From the NCBI GenBank assembly GCA_034530875.2, contig JAVRCJ020000001.1, forward strand, positions 224,001 through 288,000: 64,000 bases of DNA, read 5' to 3'. The position numbers were made by a program, and so were the translations under genes. This document shows positions 1-10,613 of this stretch, piece after piece. This stretch comes from Nostoc sp. DedSLP01 (GTDB taxonomy: Bacteria > Cyanobacteriota > Cyanobacteriia > Cyanobacteriales > Nostocaceae). The notes below the pieces were generated by a model that searched no databases, was not told the origin of the DNA, and was given only the letters and a program-made list of their open reading frames with translations. Each line of letters starts with the position of its first letter. The first letter of the stretch is position 1.

Positions 1-5
1 TAGCT

Positions 6-821
6 TTGATTGCCAGTTGTATATTTCCTAAACAGAGTAAAGAATTTTTAGGATTACCGTATCCAATTTTCCCATTAATAACAGCTCTGACATTAGGGAC
101 AACTTGGGCTATGCAGATGTCCTGGCCGGGTAGACTCTATATAGATGACGAAACATTAATTTTATCGTCAGCACTGACGATTATTATGTCAACTAAAATT
201 TCTAATACTTGGAAAAAAGGCTTGGCATTAGGGTTTTTATTGTTTACAGTAATCATCTTTTCTGGGTATGTAATTCGCAATTCCATTGGTGCAGAAGCGA
301 AGTATTATATTCCTGGTTTCTATGAAAGTACTCGCTATCCTCTAGAACACCCAATGACAAAATTTGTGAAAATAACGAAAGAAAAAGCACAAGCTTTTTC
401 GATGCTGCAAGAAAATATTAATCCTGGCGATTCTTGTTTTATATATGGCTCGGCATCAGTTTTATATACTTTACTACATTGTAAAAATCCAACACATATT
501 GATATAACTAACTCAGATGCTCTGACTTTAAAAACTGCACGCAAGGCAGTTGCTGTTTTAAAAGCCAACCCACCAAAATGGATTGTCGATACAGGTAAAG
601 GAGGTTTTTATATTTCAGATGTTTATGATGGTTCGCCAAATTTTTATGGTGCTTTCAATCAATTGGCTCCAAAAGAGTTACATACAGGTTTGCAAAGTAT
701 GATAGGTGATTATCAATTAGTAACTTCTGTTAAAGAGCGATTTCCCCAAGGAGAAAAATTAGAAACTAGAGACCAAGATAAAGTATTTAGATTTCGTTTG
801 TATAAGCAATTTAGAGAATAA
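6..821 (+). CDS. C-terminal part of a membrane protein (gene probably starts before the window)
   Basis: Open frame from the window edge with several hydrophobic segments followed by a soluble domain; no recognisable motif. Confidence 0.55.
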   Translation: MIASCIFPKQSKEFLGLPYPIFPLITALTLGTTWAMQMSWPGRLYIDDETLILSSALTIIMSTKISNTWKKGLALGFLLFTVIIFSGYVIRNSIGAEAKYYIPGFYESTRYPLEHPMTKFVKITKEKAQAFSMLQENINPGDSCFIYGSASVLYTLLHCKNPTHIDITNSDALTLKTARKAVAVLKANPPKWIVDTGKGGFYISDVYDGSPNFYGAFNQLAPKELHTGLQSMIGDYQLVTSVKERFPQGEKLETRDQDKVFRFRLYKQFRE

Positions 822-851
822 AATCCGTTGACTATTAACTTTCAACAGCCA

Positions 852-1700
852 TCAATCAATATTCATAAACTTTATTCTTTCCATACCAGAATAGACATTA
901 AACCTTTCTCCACGCAGGAATCCAATTAAGGTAATTCCGAATTCTTTGGCTACAGACACCGCCAAACTGCTGGGAGCAGAAACAGAACAGACGATAGGAA
1001 CTCCAGCAATTGTAGACTTTTGCAAAATTTCAAAACTAGAGCGCCCGCTGACTAAGACAATACGATCGCTCAAAGGTAATTCATCACTGAAAAATGCCGA
1101 ACCAATCAATTTATCTAAAGCATTGTGACGTCCAACATCCTCACGCAGATTTAATAATTCTCCTTGAAAATCGAAGGTAGCCGCAGCGTGCAAACCCCCT
1201 GTAGCGTTGAAGATACCTTGAGCAGCCCTAAGCTTAGCTGGTAGGCTGGAGATGATTTCAGGTGTTACTGTTAAGCCAGCAGGAATCATTGAACATCCGC
1301 GCAGATGTAAAGCTTCAAGGCTAGCTTTACCGCATACCCCACAGGCACTACTAATATAGAAATGACGCTCTAAAGGCTGTAAGTCGGGAATTAACCCGTG
1401 CCGGAGTTCTACATTTATAATGTTATGGCGTTGTTCGCCATCTACTGATTCATCTACACAGTAACTGATACGTTGGATATCTTCCCTGCGGCTAACAACT
1501 CCTTCGGCATAAAGGAAACCAGCGGCGAGTTCAAAATCTGCACCAGGTGTCCGCATGGTAACCGCTAGAGTTTTTCCCAAAGGAAGGAGGCGAATTTCTA
1601 ACGGTTCCTCAGTGGTGAGATGGTCTAAACGCGATCGCATCTTACCATTTTCCACAACCCAAACTTGTGCTTTGGTTTTGCTACCAGGTTGTTTATTCAC
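852..1700 (-). CDS. fdhD: Formate dehydrogenase accessory sulfurtransferase FdhD
   Basis: EEPLEI, TMRTPG, SACGVCG, TGGLHAAA, EDVGRHNALDKLIG, SAPSSLA motifs; GTG start. Confidence 0.95.
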   Translation of the reverse strand: MNKQPGSKTKAQVWVVENGKMRSRLDHLTTEEPLEIRLLPLGKTLAVTMRTPGADFELAAGFLYAEGVVSRREDIQRISYCVDESVDGEQRHNIINVELRHGLIPDLQPLERHFYISSACGVCGKASLEALHLRGCSMIPAGLTVTPEIISSLPAKLRAAQGIFNATGGLHAAATFDFQGELLNLREDVGRHNALDKLIGSAFFSDELPLSDRIVLVSGRSSFEILQKSTIAGVPIVCSVSAPSSLAVSVAKEFGITLIGFLRGERFNVYSGMERIKFMNID

Positions 1701-1709
1701 AATCGATTT

Positions 1710-2399
1710 TTACAAATTATCCGGATCTATATTTAATTCTCGCAATTTTGCTGCTAGGCGATCGGCTTTTTGTCTTTCTTGTTCGGCAAGTTGTGCTTGT
1801 TGTTCAAAAGCTTCTTCCGGAGTGGGAATTAGTTGTCCATCTTCGGTAAAGTAACGCAATTTATTTTCACGAACGCCCAAATACAAACTTAGCTGCTGAC
1901 TCCACAATAATCCTTGAGGGTTGGGTTCTAGCGGTTGATACGTACCGCCAACTAAAATAAACCCAACAAATTCTAGATTCTTGGGGTCAAACCAGAAATA
2001 TTCAGGAGTGCGAAAAATATCTTGATAAATTTGTTTTTTTAAGCCCTTGTCAGTCGCTGCGGTTGAATCTGAAAGCAGTTCTATAATCAAATTCGGATAT
2101 TTGCCGTCCTCTTGCCAAACAACCCAACTATCACGAGGTTTGCGTTCAGTATCTAACACAACAAAAAAATCTGGTCCCCGGAAGTCTTCTGATTTTCGTT
2201 GGCGTGGACTGTAATAAATGCTAAGATTCCCGGCAGCAAAAAAGTTGTTGCGATCGCGCCACCACCAATCAAGGCATTTTATTAATAGCAGCATTTGCTG
2301 CAAATGTAGATATGTTTCCAATGGTGGTTCGTTACTTTCTAAATCTCCTGGAGGAAATATTACATCTTTTGGGGGTTCAAATTCTTTGGCGACAGACAT
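1710..2399 (-). CDS. Uma2 family (DUF820) endonuclease-like protein, copy 1
   Basis: EPPLET, FRGPDFFVV, SWVVWQEDGKYP, IELLS, PEYFWFDP and a coiled-coil tail typical of cyanobacterial Uma2. Confidence 0.92.
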   Translation of the reverse strand: MSVAKEFEPPKDVIFPPGDLESNEPPLETYLHLQQMLLLIKCLDWWWRDRNNFFAAGNLSIYYSPRQRKSEDFRGPDFFVVLDTERKPRDSWVVWQEDGKYPNLIIELLSDSTAATDKGLKKQIYQDIFRTPEYFWFDPKNLEFVGFILVGGTYQPLEPNPQGLLWSQQLSLYLGVRENKLRYFTEDGQLIPTPEEAFEQQAQLAEQERQKADRLAAKLRELNIDPDNL

Positions 2400-2558
2400 G
2401 ACTGCAACTTTTCAGGTGATATTAAGTTTAGCGTAGCATCGCACTCGTGAATTGTTTTGCGATAATGCGATCGCCTCAATCGTACTTTTATGTAGTGACA
2501 CCCTAAAAACATCTAGTATCAGCTACATTTTTTTTATTTTTGACACAAGCTGCTGCTT

Positions 2559-3332
2559 TTACAAATTATCCGGATCTATATTTAATTCTCGCAGTTTTGC
2601 TGCTAGGCGATCGGCTTTTTGTTTTTCTTGTTCGGCACGCTGCGCTTGTTGTTCGGCACGTTGTGCTTGTTGTTCGGCACGTTGTGCTTGTTGTTCGGCG
2701 CGTTGTGCTTGTTGTTCGGCACGCTGTGCTTGTTGTTCAAAAGCTTCTTCCGGAGTGGGAATTAGTTGTCCATCTTCGGTAAAGTAACGCAATTTATTTT
2801 CACGAACGCCCAAATACAAATTTAGCTGCTGACTCCACAACCAACCTTGGGAATTAGGTTCTAGCCGTTGATAAGTACCGCCAACTAAAATAAATCCAAC
2901 AAATTCTAGATTCTTGGGGTCAAACCAAAAATATTCAGGAGTGCGAAAGATATCTTGATAAATTTGTTTTTTGAGTCCTTTATCAATTGTTGCTGTAGAA
3001 TCAGAGAGCAGTTCGACAATTATATTGGGATATTTGCCGTCCTCTTGCCATACTACCCAACTATTACGCACTCTGCGTTCGCATCCCAGCACGACAAAAA
3101 AATCTGGGCCGCGGAACTCTTCTGATTTTCGTTGGCGCGGACTGTAATAAATTGTCAAATTACCCGCAGCATAAAAATCATTGCGATTTTGCCACCACAA
3201 CTCCAAAGATTGTAAGAGCAAAATTATTTGGCGTAGATGTAATTCGCTTTCCAAGGGTGGTTCATCACTATATAAATCTCCTGGAGGAAATATTACATCT
3301 TTTGGGGGTTCAAATTCTTTGGCTACAGACAT
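2559..3332 (-). CDS. Uma2 family endonuclease-like protein, copy 2, with expanded QRAEQQA tail
   Basis: Same motifs as 1710-2399; identical N-terminus MSVAKEFEPPKDVIFPPGDL and near-identical C-terminal half. Confidence 0.92.
   Translation of the reverse strand: MSVAKEFEPPKDVIFPPGDLYSDEPPLESELHLRQIILLLQSLELWWQNRNDFYAAGNLTIYYSPRQRKSEEFRGPDFFVVLGCERRVRNSWVVWQEDGKYPNIIVELLSDSTATIDKGLKKQIYQDIFRTPEYFWFDPKNLEFVGFILVGGTYQRLEPNSQGWLWSQQLNLYLGVRENKLRYFTEDGQLIPTPEEAFEQQAQRAEQQAQRAEQQAQRAEQQAQRAEQQAQRAEQEKQKADRLAAKLRELNIDPDNL
2625..2740 (-). repeat. 21-bp tandem repeat (about 5 units) encoding heptad QRAEQQA
   Basis: Repeated ttgttgttcggcacgttgtgc-like units on the + strand. Confidence 0.9.
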
Positions 3333-3403
3333 GGCTACAAGTTTTGGATGATATAAGTTTAGGGTAGCAGTAAAGGCTAGAGATGCTGTAGATACTGAGA
3401 AAT

Positions 3404-5626
3404 TTAGATTTTTTCTAACCAGGCGATCGCATTATAATCAGGAACGCCTTCAAGCGATCGCTTACTTTTATCTAATAGTATATTTCCTTCCGGCCAATGT
3501 ATTTGCAAGTTACCTGATTGAATTGGTGCAATATAAACTTGTCCTTGAAATTCGCCTAACTGATTTTTCAGAATTACTCGATCCCCATTTTTTAAACCTA
3601 GCTTTGCCGCATCAGCAGCATTGATTAACACTGCCTCTCGCACTGCACCGGTAATTGCATCTGTGCGTTCCTGAACCATACTATTAAATTGTTTGCCCCG
3701 ACGAGTTGCTACTAAAAAACAACCCTCCGGTAATTTTCGCTGTGGTGGCAATAATACTCTAAAATGTGCCTTTCCATCGGCTGTGGGGAAGTTCCAGCCA
3801 AAGCACAAATGGGAACCGCCATATTGAAATTGATCGCCTGCTTGTTGTAAGTGTTGAATACCTGCATATTGGGGAACGACTCGCCCAATTTCTTGACGCA
3901 TTGCAGATGTGTCAGCAAAAACCAGCTTGTCTGCTAAGTCTGGCCTGACGCGTCTTGCCAATTCTAAAAATACTTCCCACTCTGGACGCGCTTCGCCAAT
4001 ACGCGACCCTGGGATTTCTGGACTGAAAATTACCCGGCGTTCGGTGTTAGTTTCCGTGACTCCCCCTGGTATTTCGTAGCGAGTTGTCCCAGGCAAAAGC
4101 ACCACAGTATCAGCAGGTTCTACTAACATCTGACTGGAGAGAACAATATCGAAATGTACTCGCAGCGGTATTTGCCGGAGCGCACTTTCCACATAATCTG
4201 GTTCTGGGAGTACTTCGAGAAAATTTCCCCCCACCGAAAATAACACATCCAATTCTCCCTGATGTGCAGCATGAATCATTTCTGGAGCAATTAAACCTTT
4301 AGTTGTTGGCACTTCAAAGCCCCAATGCTGGCTTAATTGGGCAGCATTTTCTGGGGTAATGGGTTTACCGCCAGGAAATACCGTCGCGTAACACCCCATC
4401 TCTGCACCACCCTGCACTCCAGAGTGACCGCGAATTGGCATTAAACCGCAACCTTCGCGACCGACAAAACCTTTGGTGAGGGCTAAGTTGATAATACTCC
4501 GCACGTTATCTTCACCGCACTCATGCTGAGTAATGCCCATACTCCAAACAAATACTGCTTTGTTGGCTTCCCCAACCATTTTGGCAAAAGCGTACATTTC
4601 CTCGCGAGATGCGCCAGAAAGCTGTTCTAATTCTTCCCAAGATTGGCTTTCTAAGGATGCCTCCAGTTCTACAAAGCCGACTGTATGTAAATTAATAAAT
4701 GACTCGTCTAGCCAGTTGTTGGCAATTATATGTTTAAGTGTGCCATTTAAAAATGCGATGTCGCCGCCGATGTTAATTAAAAAGAAGTCTTCGGCAAACT
4801 TAGTACCGAAAAGGGCACTTTCTACAATTGAGGGTACCCAGTAGCGCTCCATTCCTGGTTCGCGGTAGGTGTTAATTACTACAATTTTAGTGCCAGCTTT
4901 TTTAGCATAATGCAGATATTTAACAGTAACAGGCTGATTATTGGCAACATTAGAGCCAATGAATACTAATAAATCAGTACCAATCCAGTCTTTATAAGAA
5001 CAAGTAGTTGCGCTTGCACCGAGGGCAGCTTTTAACCCGGCTGTACTGGGAGAATGACAAATACGAGCAGCGTTATCTATATTATTGCTGCCCATTGCCC
5101 GCACAGCTTTTTGCGTAGCGTAGTAAGTTTCGTTAACCGTGCCGCGACTGGTAACATAAAAGCTGAGGCGCTCTGGTGTGGTAGCGCGGATGCGATTAGC
5201 AATTACCTCTAAAGCTTCATCCCAGTTGACACGGCGAAAGCCTTTTTCTCCTCGTTGACGAATCATCGGGTAAGGAAGCCGCCCCAAGTCTCGCAATTGA
5301 GCGCTTTTTTGCTTTTGCAATTGGGAGACATCCTCTAGTAACACAGGGTCAAAAGCTGGCATAGTGTTCATCCGCAACAACCGCAACCGGACATTGCACA
5401 GATGAATGCCATCTAAAGTCCAATCTTTCATTCCGGTTGTTCCGAGAGCACAACCATCGCAAACACCCTGATTCAGGATATTCCACGCATAGGGCAATTG
5501 GTCGCGAGAGAGCCAAATTGCGCGAAATACCTCCCAGTAGTTATTCGGGTACTGTTCGCCAATGCCAAAAGGCTTCCAACTCGCCCAGTGCTGGGGCGTC
5601 CAAAATCTGTTCGGTTTGGGCAACAT
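3404..5626 (-). CDS. FdhF/YdeP family molybdopterin oxidoreductase
   Basis: CDGCALG, SGR-like TSRGTVNE, ARICHSPS, WSMGITQH, PIRGHSGVQG, TRRGKQFNS; adjacent fdhD. Confidence 0.9.
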   Translation of the reverse strand: MLPKPNRFWTPQHWASWKPFGIGEQYPNNYWEVFRAIWLSRDQLPYAWNILNQGVCDGCALGTTGMKDWTLDGIHLCNVRLRLLRMNTMPAFDPVLLEDVSQLQKQKSAQLRDLGRLPYPMIRQRGEKGFRRVNWDEALEVIANRIRATTPERLSFYVTSRGTVNETYYATQKAVRAMGSNNIDNAARICHSPSTAGLKAALGASATTCSYKDWIGTDLLVFIGSNVANNQPVTVKYLHYAKKAGTKIVVINTYREPGMERYWVPSIVESALFGTKFAEDFFLINIGGDIAFLNGTLKHIIANNWLDESFINLHTVGFVELEASLESQSWEELEQLSGASREEMYAFAKMVGEANKAVFVWSMGITQHECGEDNVRSIINLALTKGFVGREGCGLMPIRGHSGVQGGAEMGCYATVFPGGKPITPENAAQLSQHWGFEVPTTKGLIAPEMIHAAHQGELDVLFSVGGNFLEVLPEPDYVESALRQIPLRVHFDIVLSSQMLVEPADTVVLLPGTTRYEIPGGVTETNTERRVIFSPEIPGSRIGEARPEWEVFLELARRVRPDLADKLVFADTSAMRQEIGRVVPQYAGIQHLQQAGDQFQYGGSHLCFGWNFPTADGKAHFRVLLPPQRKLPEGCFLVATRRGKQFNSMVQERTDAITGAVREAVLINAADAAKLGLKNGDRVILKNQLGEFQGQVYIAPIQSGNLQIHWPEGNILLDKSKRSLEGVPDYNAIAWLEKI

Positions 5627-5700
5627 AACGCGCTATGGGTATCGTGTGTTGGGGTTTCTTTTACATTAGCGTTAAGTAGCATTTTAAGTAGCATCGCTTC

Positions 5701-6027
5701 TTAAAAATCCGGACATTCGGCGCTGACGATTTCCGGGTGACAGTAGTAAGTTAAGACCGTCTCGACGGTATCGCCAATCCAGAGGGCAACTTTATCCGGC
5801 GATATCCCAGAGCTAATTGCCCAGGTAGCGAAGATGTGCCGCGTGGCGTAGGGTTTGAGGTAGGGAATTTTCCCCGCGATCGCTAATTGTTTGACCCCGC
5901 CGGGATATTTAAATATGCCTTCACCTTAACCCGAATTCCACTCGTTCCAAAACCCGAACATAATGCCGCTATTCATAGGGCGTCCGGTTTTGCTGGCAAA
6001 TACTAAATTGTGCGTCCCCGATTGGGG
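5701..6027 (-). pseudogene. C-terminal remnant of a tyrosine recombinase (phage integrase family), with internal stop
   Basis: Manual translation: ...[12 protein letters not shown]...WNSG*GEGIFKYPGGVKQLAIAGKIPYLKPYATRHIFATWAISSGISPDKVALWIGDTVETVLTYYCHPEIVSAECPDF*; YxxRH and catalytic Tyr region; not in the ORF track. Confidence 0.8.
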
Positions 6028-8171
6028 CGGGCAGATGAACCGTTTGCTCGATTACCGGACTGATTTCTACTGGCTGGGTGTGACATTTTACGAACTGCTC
6101 ACCGGACAACTACCATTTCCCACCACAGACGTGCTGGAGCTAGTCCATTGTCATTGGTGAGAGGTTAAGATAATCTTACTTTTGTCAATTAGAAATTATG
6201 CTGAAAATTTGGGGAAATCTGAGGTATTAAGTTGACTATTGTACTGAACTTATAGAGCAAGAATAAAGATGCGTATTCAGATGACGCGATCGCCCGCTCA
6301 AAAATTGTGTTTCCAACTCCGATTTTCAGCCATATTTTAAGTACTATTGCTTATTGACAAATGGTATCTGACCTTAACCTCTCACGAATGATCCATTGTC
6401 ATATTGCCAAACATCCTATTCCGCCTCATGAAATAAATACAACGATTCCCAAGCCAGTTTCAGATATCATTCTCAAACTGATGGCGAAAAATGCTGAAAA
6501 TCGCTATCAAAGTGCCTGGGGCATCAAAGCAGATTTAGAAATCTGTGCTGAACAATTAGCAGAAATCGGTCAAATCTCTAGCATTCAACTGGCGCTTCAA
6601 GACGTTTGCGATCGGTTTCAAATTCCCCAAAAACTTTATGGACGGGATAAGTAAGTTGCAATGTTACTGGCGGCGTTCGTTCGCGTAGCGTGTCCAGAGT
6701 CAAATCCCGTTGCTGCTTTACCAAACAATTCAGAAACAACTTCACAAACCCAACAAACGGGCAACCCAAAATTCCAAGTCGAAATGATGTTGGTATCTGG
6801 CTATGCTGGCATTGGTAAATCTGCGTTAGTGCAAGAAATCTATAAACCAATCACCCAAAAGCGCGGCTATTTTATCTCTGGGAAATTCGATCAATTTCAG
6901 CGCAATATTCCCTACAGTGCGATCGCGGTTGCCCTGCAAAAATTGGTACGGCAATTACTTAGTGAGCCAGACGAACAAGTGCAACAGTGGCGATCGCTCA
7001 TACTTACAGCTTTAGGAAACAACGCACAAATCATCATTGATGCGATCCCGGAAGTTGAATTGATTATTGGCAAGCAGCCGCCTGTACCGTCCGTTGGAGC
7101 AACTGAAGCTCAAAATCGCTTTCACCGGGTTTTTGGGCAATTTGTGCGGGTGTTTTGTTCAAAAAAACATCCCCTGGTGATATTCTTAGATGATTTGCAA
7201 TGGATAGACTCAGCAACGCTGAATTTAATTGAGTTGATGCTGCTGGATGAGCAAGCCCAATCACTATTTTTGATTGGAGCTTATCGAGATAATGAAGTGA
7301 AGCCAACGCATCCATTAGCATTAATGCTAGAGAGACTGCGAAAACAAGGGGTAGTACTTCAAGAAATTAACCTAACACCATTAACGCTTGAGCCGTTGAG
7401 TCAGTTAATTGCCGAGACGCTGCATCGGAATGCAGACATCGTTCGTCCCTTAGCTGAGTTAGTTTTACGTAAAACTGAGGGTAATCCGTTCTTTGTCAAT
7501 GAATTTTTGAGAATGCTGTATAGCGAGAATCTGCTGACATTTGATGCTGAACACTTATGCTGGCAATGGAACATAGCTGATATTCAAGCCCAGGATATTA
7601 CCGATAATGTTGTAGAGTTGCTACTGATTCAGTTAAATAAATTACCAGCAAACACACAGCAAATTCTCCAGTTAGCAGCTTGTATCGGTGCTGAATTTAA
7701 TTTAAATACGTTAGCGATTGTTTGCGATCAACCAGCTGAAACGGTTTTTCAAGATTTACTAGCAGCCATACAAGTTGGATTAATTCAACTACTATCTGAA
7801 TTAGATGAAAACTTTTTAATTCAAGAGTATAAGTTCTTGCACGATCGCGTCCAGCAAGCTGCTTATGCCCTAATCGATGAATCCAAAAAACAGATGGTTC
7901 ATCTTCAAATCGGTCGCAATCTGCTTGAAAAAATGTTGCCAGAGGAGTTATCAGAGCGGCTGTTTGAAATTGTCGATCATCTTAATCATGGAATTGAGCT
8001 TGTCACAGATCGACTAAAACGCAATGAAATTGCTAGATTAAATTTAATCACAGGACAGAAAGCAAAAGCTGCGATCGCCTATAGTGTGGCTCAAAACTAT
8101 TTAGCCAGAGGTAGAGCATGGCTGGCAGACTCCAGTTGGCAAACTAACTATGAGATGACTTTAGAGTTATA
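6026..8171 (+). pseudogene. Decayed Ser/Thr kinase-AAA ATPase(-His kinase) gene
   Basis: Fragments [18 protein letters not shown]...RYQSA, Walker A GYAGIGKS, VIFLDDLQW, FLHDRVQQAAY; split by MITE at 6151-6391, TAA at 6652-6654, truncated by IS at ~8172. Confidence 0.9.
6151..6391. mobile_element. MITE with ~19-bp terminal inverted repeats and target duplication
   Basis: TCATTGGTGAGAGGTTAAG (6151-6169) vs CTTAACCTCTCACGAATGA (6373-6391), one mismatch; TCCATTG flanks both sides (6144-6150, 6392-6398). Confidence 0.85.
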
Positions 8172-9073
8172 TAGAACCCATTTGGGATCTTGGGAGAGAG
8201 GGTAAAATAAGAAATAAATGCCGTACTCTAGCAGTTTAAGCGATAAAGAGTGGGAAATAATTGAACCACTGTTGCCCCAGAAAAAGCAAACCAGACCGCC
8301 GAAGTGGACAAAGCGACAAATTTTAGATGGCATCTTTTATCAACTTAAGAACGGGTATAACTGGTGCGATTTACCTAAAGACTTACCGCCCTACTCAACG
8401 GTGTTTTGGCACTACAAACAGTGGCGAGAAGGGGGAGTGCTAGAGCAGATGATGATGACGTTACATGGGAAAGTGCGCTCCGACGCGAAAAAAAACCAAA
8501 ATGGACAACCCTACCGATCGTTGACTCGCAAGCGGTGAAGAATACATGCAATGCTAGCGTTATGTCCAAAGGGTTCTGTCATTACAAATGCACTAATGGC
8601 ATCAAACGACATCTCGCCGTTGATACACTCGGCTTACCATTTTTTACCCACTGTACTAAAGCGAATGTCAGCGATGACCAGGGCTTAATTGAACTACTGA
8701 GCAATAATCTGGATTACTTGCGAGCCAAACCCGTGAATATCCCGAAGATTACTATCCTCCTTGACCACGGTTATCATCCAGACAAACTCACACTCGAACT
8801 ACAAAAGCTCTACCCTCAAATCATGACCAAGATTCGGTTTCAACTCGCACCCAAGCCAACCAAAGCAGAAATTGCAGCCCTTGGGAAAACTGGATTTGTA
8901 CCTGTAGCTACCCGGTGGGTGATTGAGCGGTCAAATGCTTGGATGGAACGCTGTAAAAGTTTGGTCAAAAACTTTGAGAGAACCCTCTCCCATGCCACCG
9001 CGAAGCTTAATCTTTGCTTCATCAGACTCATGCTCAAGCGACTGGCAAATGGGTAGATCCCAAATGGGTTCTA
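8172..9073 (+). mobile_element. IS5-family insertion sequence (two-ORF, frameshift type)
   Basis: Perfect inverted repeats TAGAACCCATTTGGGATCT (8172-8190) / AGATCCCAAATGGGTTCTA (9055-9073) enclosing transposase ORFs. Confidence 0.92.
8218..9056 (+). CDS. IS5-family transposase, two overlapping ORFs joined by -1 frameshift
   Basis: ORF A YSSSLSDKEW...W.DLPKDLPPYSTV; ORF B IVDSQAVK, GIKRHLAVDTLG, LDHGY, RWVIERSNAW (DDE); A8-C slippery run at 8488-8496. Confidence 0.88.
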
Positions 9074-9180
9074 TAAGGCAGCACCGATCGACTTTAGGTA
9101 TATCGCCAATGCAATCCTTTCTACAGATGAAGTTGTTGCAGCAATAAAGTAATGTCAAACTCATTAATTTTACAACACTT

Positions 9181-9546
9181 ATGAAAACATCCGCGTTACT
9201 CCTGGCTTTGCCAATCAGTATCTTAGCTAATTTTTCCTTAAGAGCTTCTGCTGACTCTACAGCTGGCCTCATCCTAAGTACGAAATGCCAGGGTGGCTAC
9301 AACATCAATATTTGGCAGAATTATAATTCCGGTGAACTACTCTATCGCGCAACCAATCCCAACGGTAATTTAAGTTTGGGCAAAGGAACTAGCCAAGCGA
9401 CAGAAGGTGTTCGAGTGTATAAGTTTCGCAATAGAAATTATGAATATTGGGTGTGGGATGGTACGTTGGATAACCCGCAGTCTGGAACTTTAGAGGTGTA
9501 TAAAAACAACCGGATCTTGATGAAGCAAGCTTGTACGAAAAGTTGA
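9181..9546 (+). CDS. Small secreted hypothetical protein
   Basis: Signal-peptide-like N-terminus ending ASA; two Cys flanking the mature domain. Confidence 0.75.
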   Translation: MKTSALLLALPISILANFSLRASADSTAGLILSTKCQGGYNINIWQNYNSGELLYRATNPNGNLSLGKGTSQATEGVRVYKFRNRNYEYWVWDGTLDNPQSGTLEVYKNNRILMKQACTKS

Positions 9547-9589
9547 ATCCTAAGCGCGGGTGTTATGCACTTTTTTGAAACCCAGTTAC

Positions 9590-10510
9590 AGCAATAAAAC
9601 TGCTCTGGTTGAACGCAGTTTAAACATGATTGGTGGCGGGTGCATTAATCTCGTCTGCATTCCTACTAAAACTATGGTGACGAGTGCCAATGTAGCAAAC
9701 ATAGTGCGAAACACTGCCACTTATGGTGTTAAAGCCGATGCACCCACCGTTGATTTAGCAGAGGCGATCGAACGTAAACGAATGGTTGTGCAAGGAATGC
9801 GTGAAATGAACTTGCACAATTTAGAAACTGCTTTGGGTCACGAACTGATCGTTGGTACAGCCCGCTTTGTTGCTCCCAAAACGATTGAAGTAACGACGGC
9901 TGAAGACACCACTCGCTTACTCACCGCCGACCGGTTATTTATTAATACAGGCACACGACCGTTAATTCCATCGATTCCCGGACTTACAGAAGTTGAGTTT
10001 TTAACGAGTGAGTCAATTATGCAGCTAGAACACCTGCCTGAACTCCCGATCGTTCTCGGTAGTGGCTATATTAGTTTAGAGTTTGCCCAGATGTTTCGGC
10101 GCTTTGGCTCTGGCGTTACTGTCATTGGGCAAAGTGAGCAAATCCTGTCACAGTAAGATCCAGATATAGCGATCGCAGTTCAAACACTGCTAGAACAAGA
10201 TGGTATTGAATTCTTGCTAAAGGCGAAGGTGTTGAGGGTTGCTCGTACTGATAATGAAACCATCCTGCAAATCCAAGTTGGCGATCGTGAAATCACCCTC
10301 CAAGGGTCGCATTTGCTCGTCGCCGTTGGTCGTGCGCCCAATACCGATAGCTTAAATTTAGCTGCTAGTGTAGCAACCGATACACGCGGATTTATTCAAG
10401 TCAACGCTCGCTTAGAGACGAACATTCCGGGAATTTGGGCGTTAGGCGACATCAACGGTGGCCCGCAATACACTCATATATCGCTCTCATTACACCAGCT
10501 TTCGATCTGA
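9590..10510 (+). pseudogene. Pyridine nucleotide-disulfide oxidoreductase (mercuric reductase/RclA-like) pseudogene
   Basis: GGGCINLVCIPTK redox CxxxxC, INTGTRP, GSGYISLEFAQ, AVGRAPNT, GIWALGD; in-frame TAA at 10154-10156; N-terminal GxGxxG and C-terminal dimerisation domain missing. Confidence 0.85.
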
Positions 10511-10526
10511 TTTTCTGATTTTTTAG

Positions 10527-10552
10527 CCCCTGACCCTTCAGGGGATTTTTGT
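10527..10552 (+). terminator. Probable intrinsic terminator
   Basis: CCCCTGA-ccct-TCAGGGG hairpin followed by ATTTTTGTTT. Confidence 0.5.
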
Positions 10553-10613
10553 TTGTTAGCTAATTACTTAACTTATGAAGAGATAATCGCGATCGCAAAC
10601 ACAATAACTCAAC

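Noticed and set aside
2452..2787. Cys-rich ORF (CSARCAC repeats) resembling a metallothionein or RiPP precursor
   Set aside because: It is the antisense reading of the Uma2 QRAEQQA repeat.
9560..10510. Functional mercuric reductase or metal resistance locus
   Set aside because: Internal stop, both termini missing, and no mer genes nearby.
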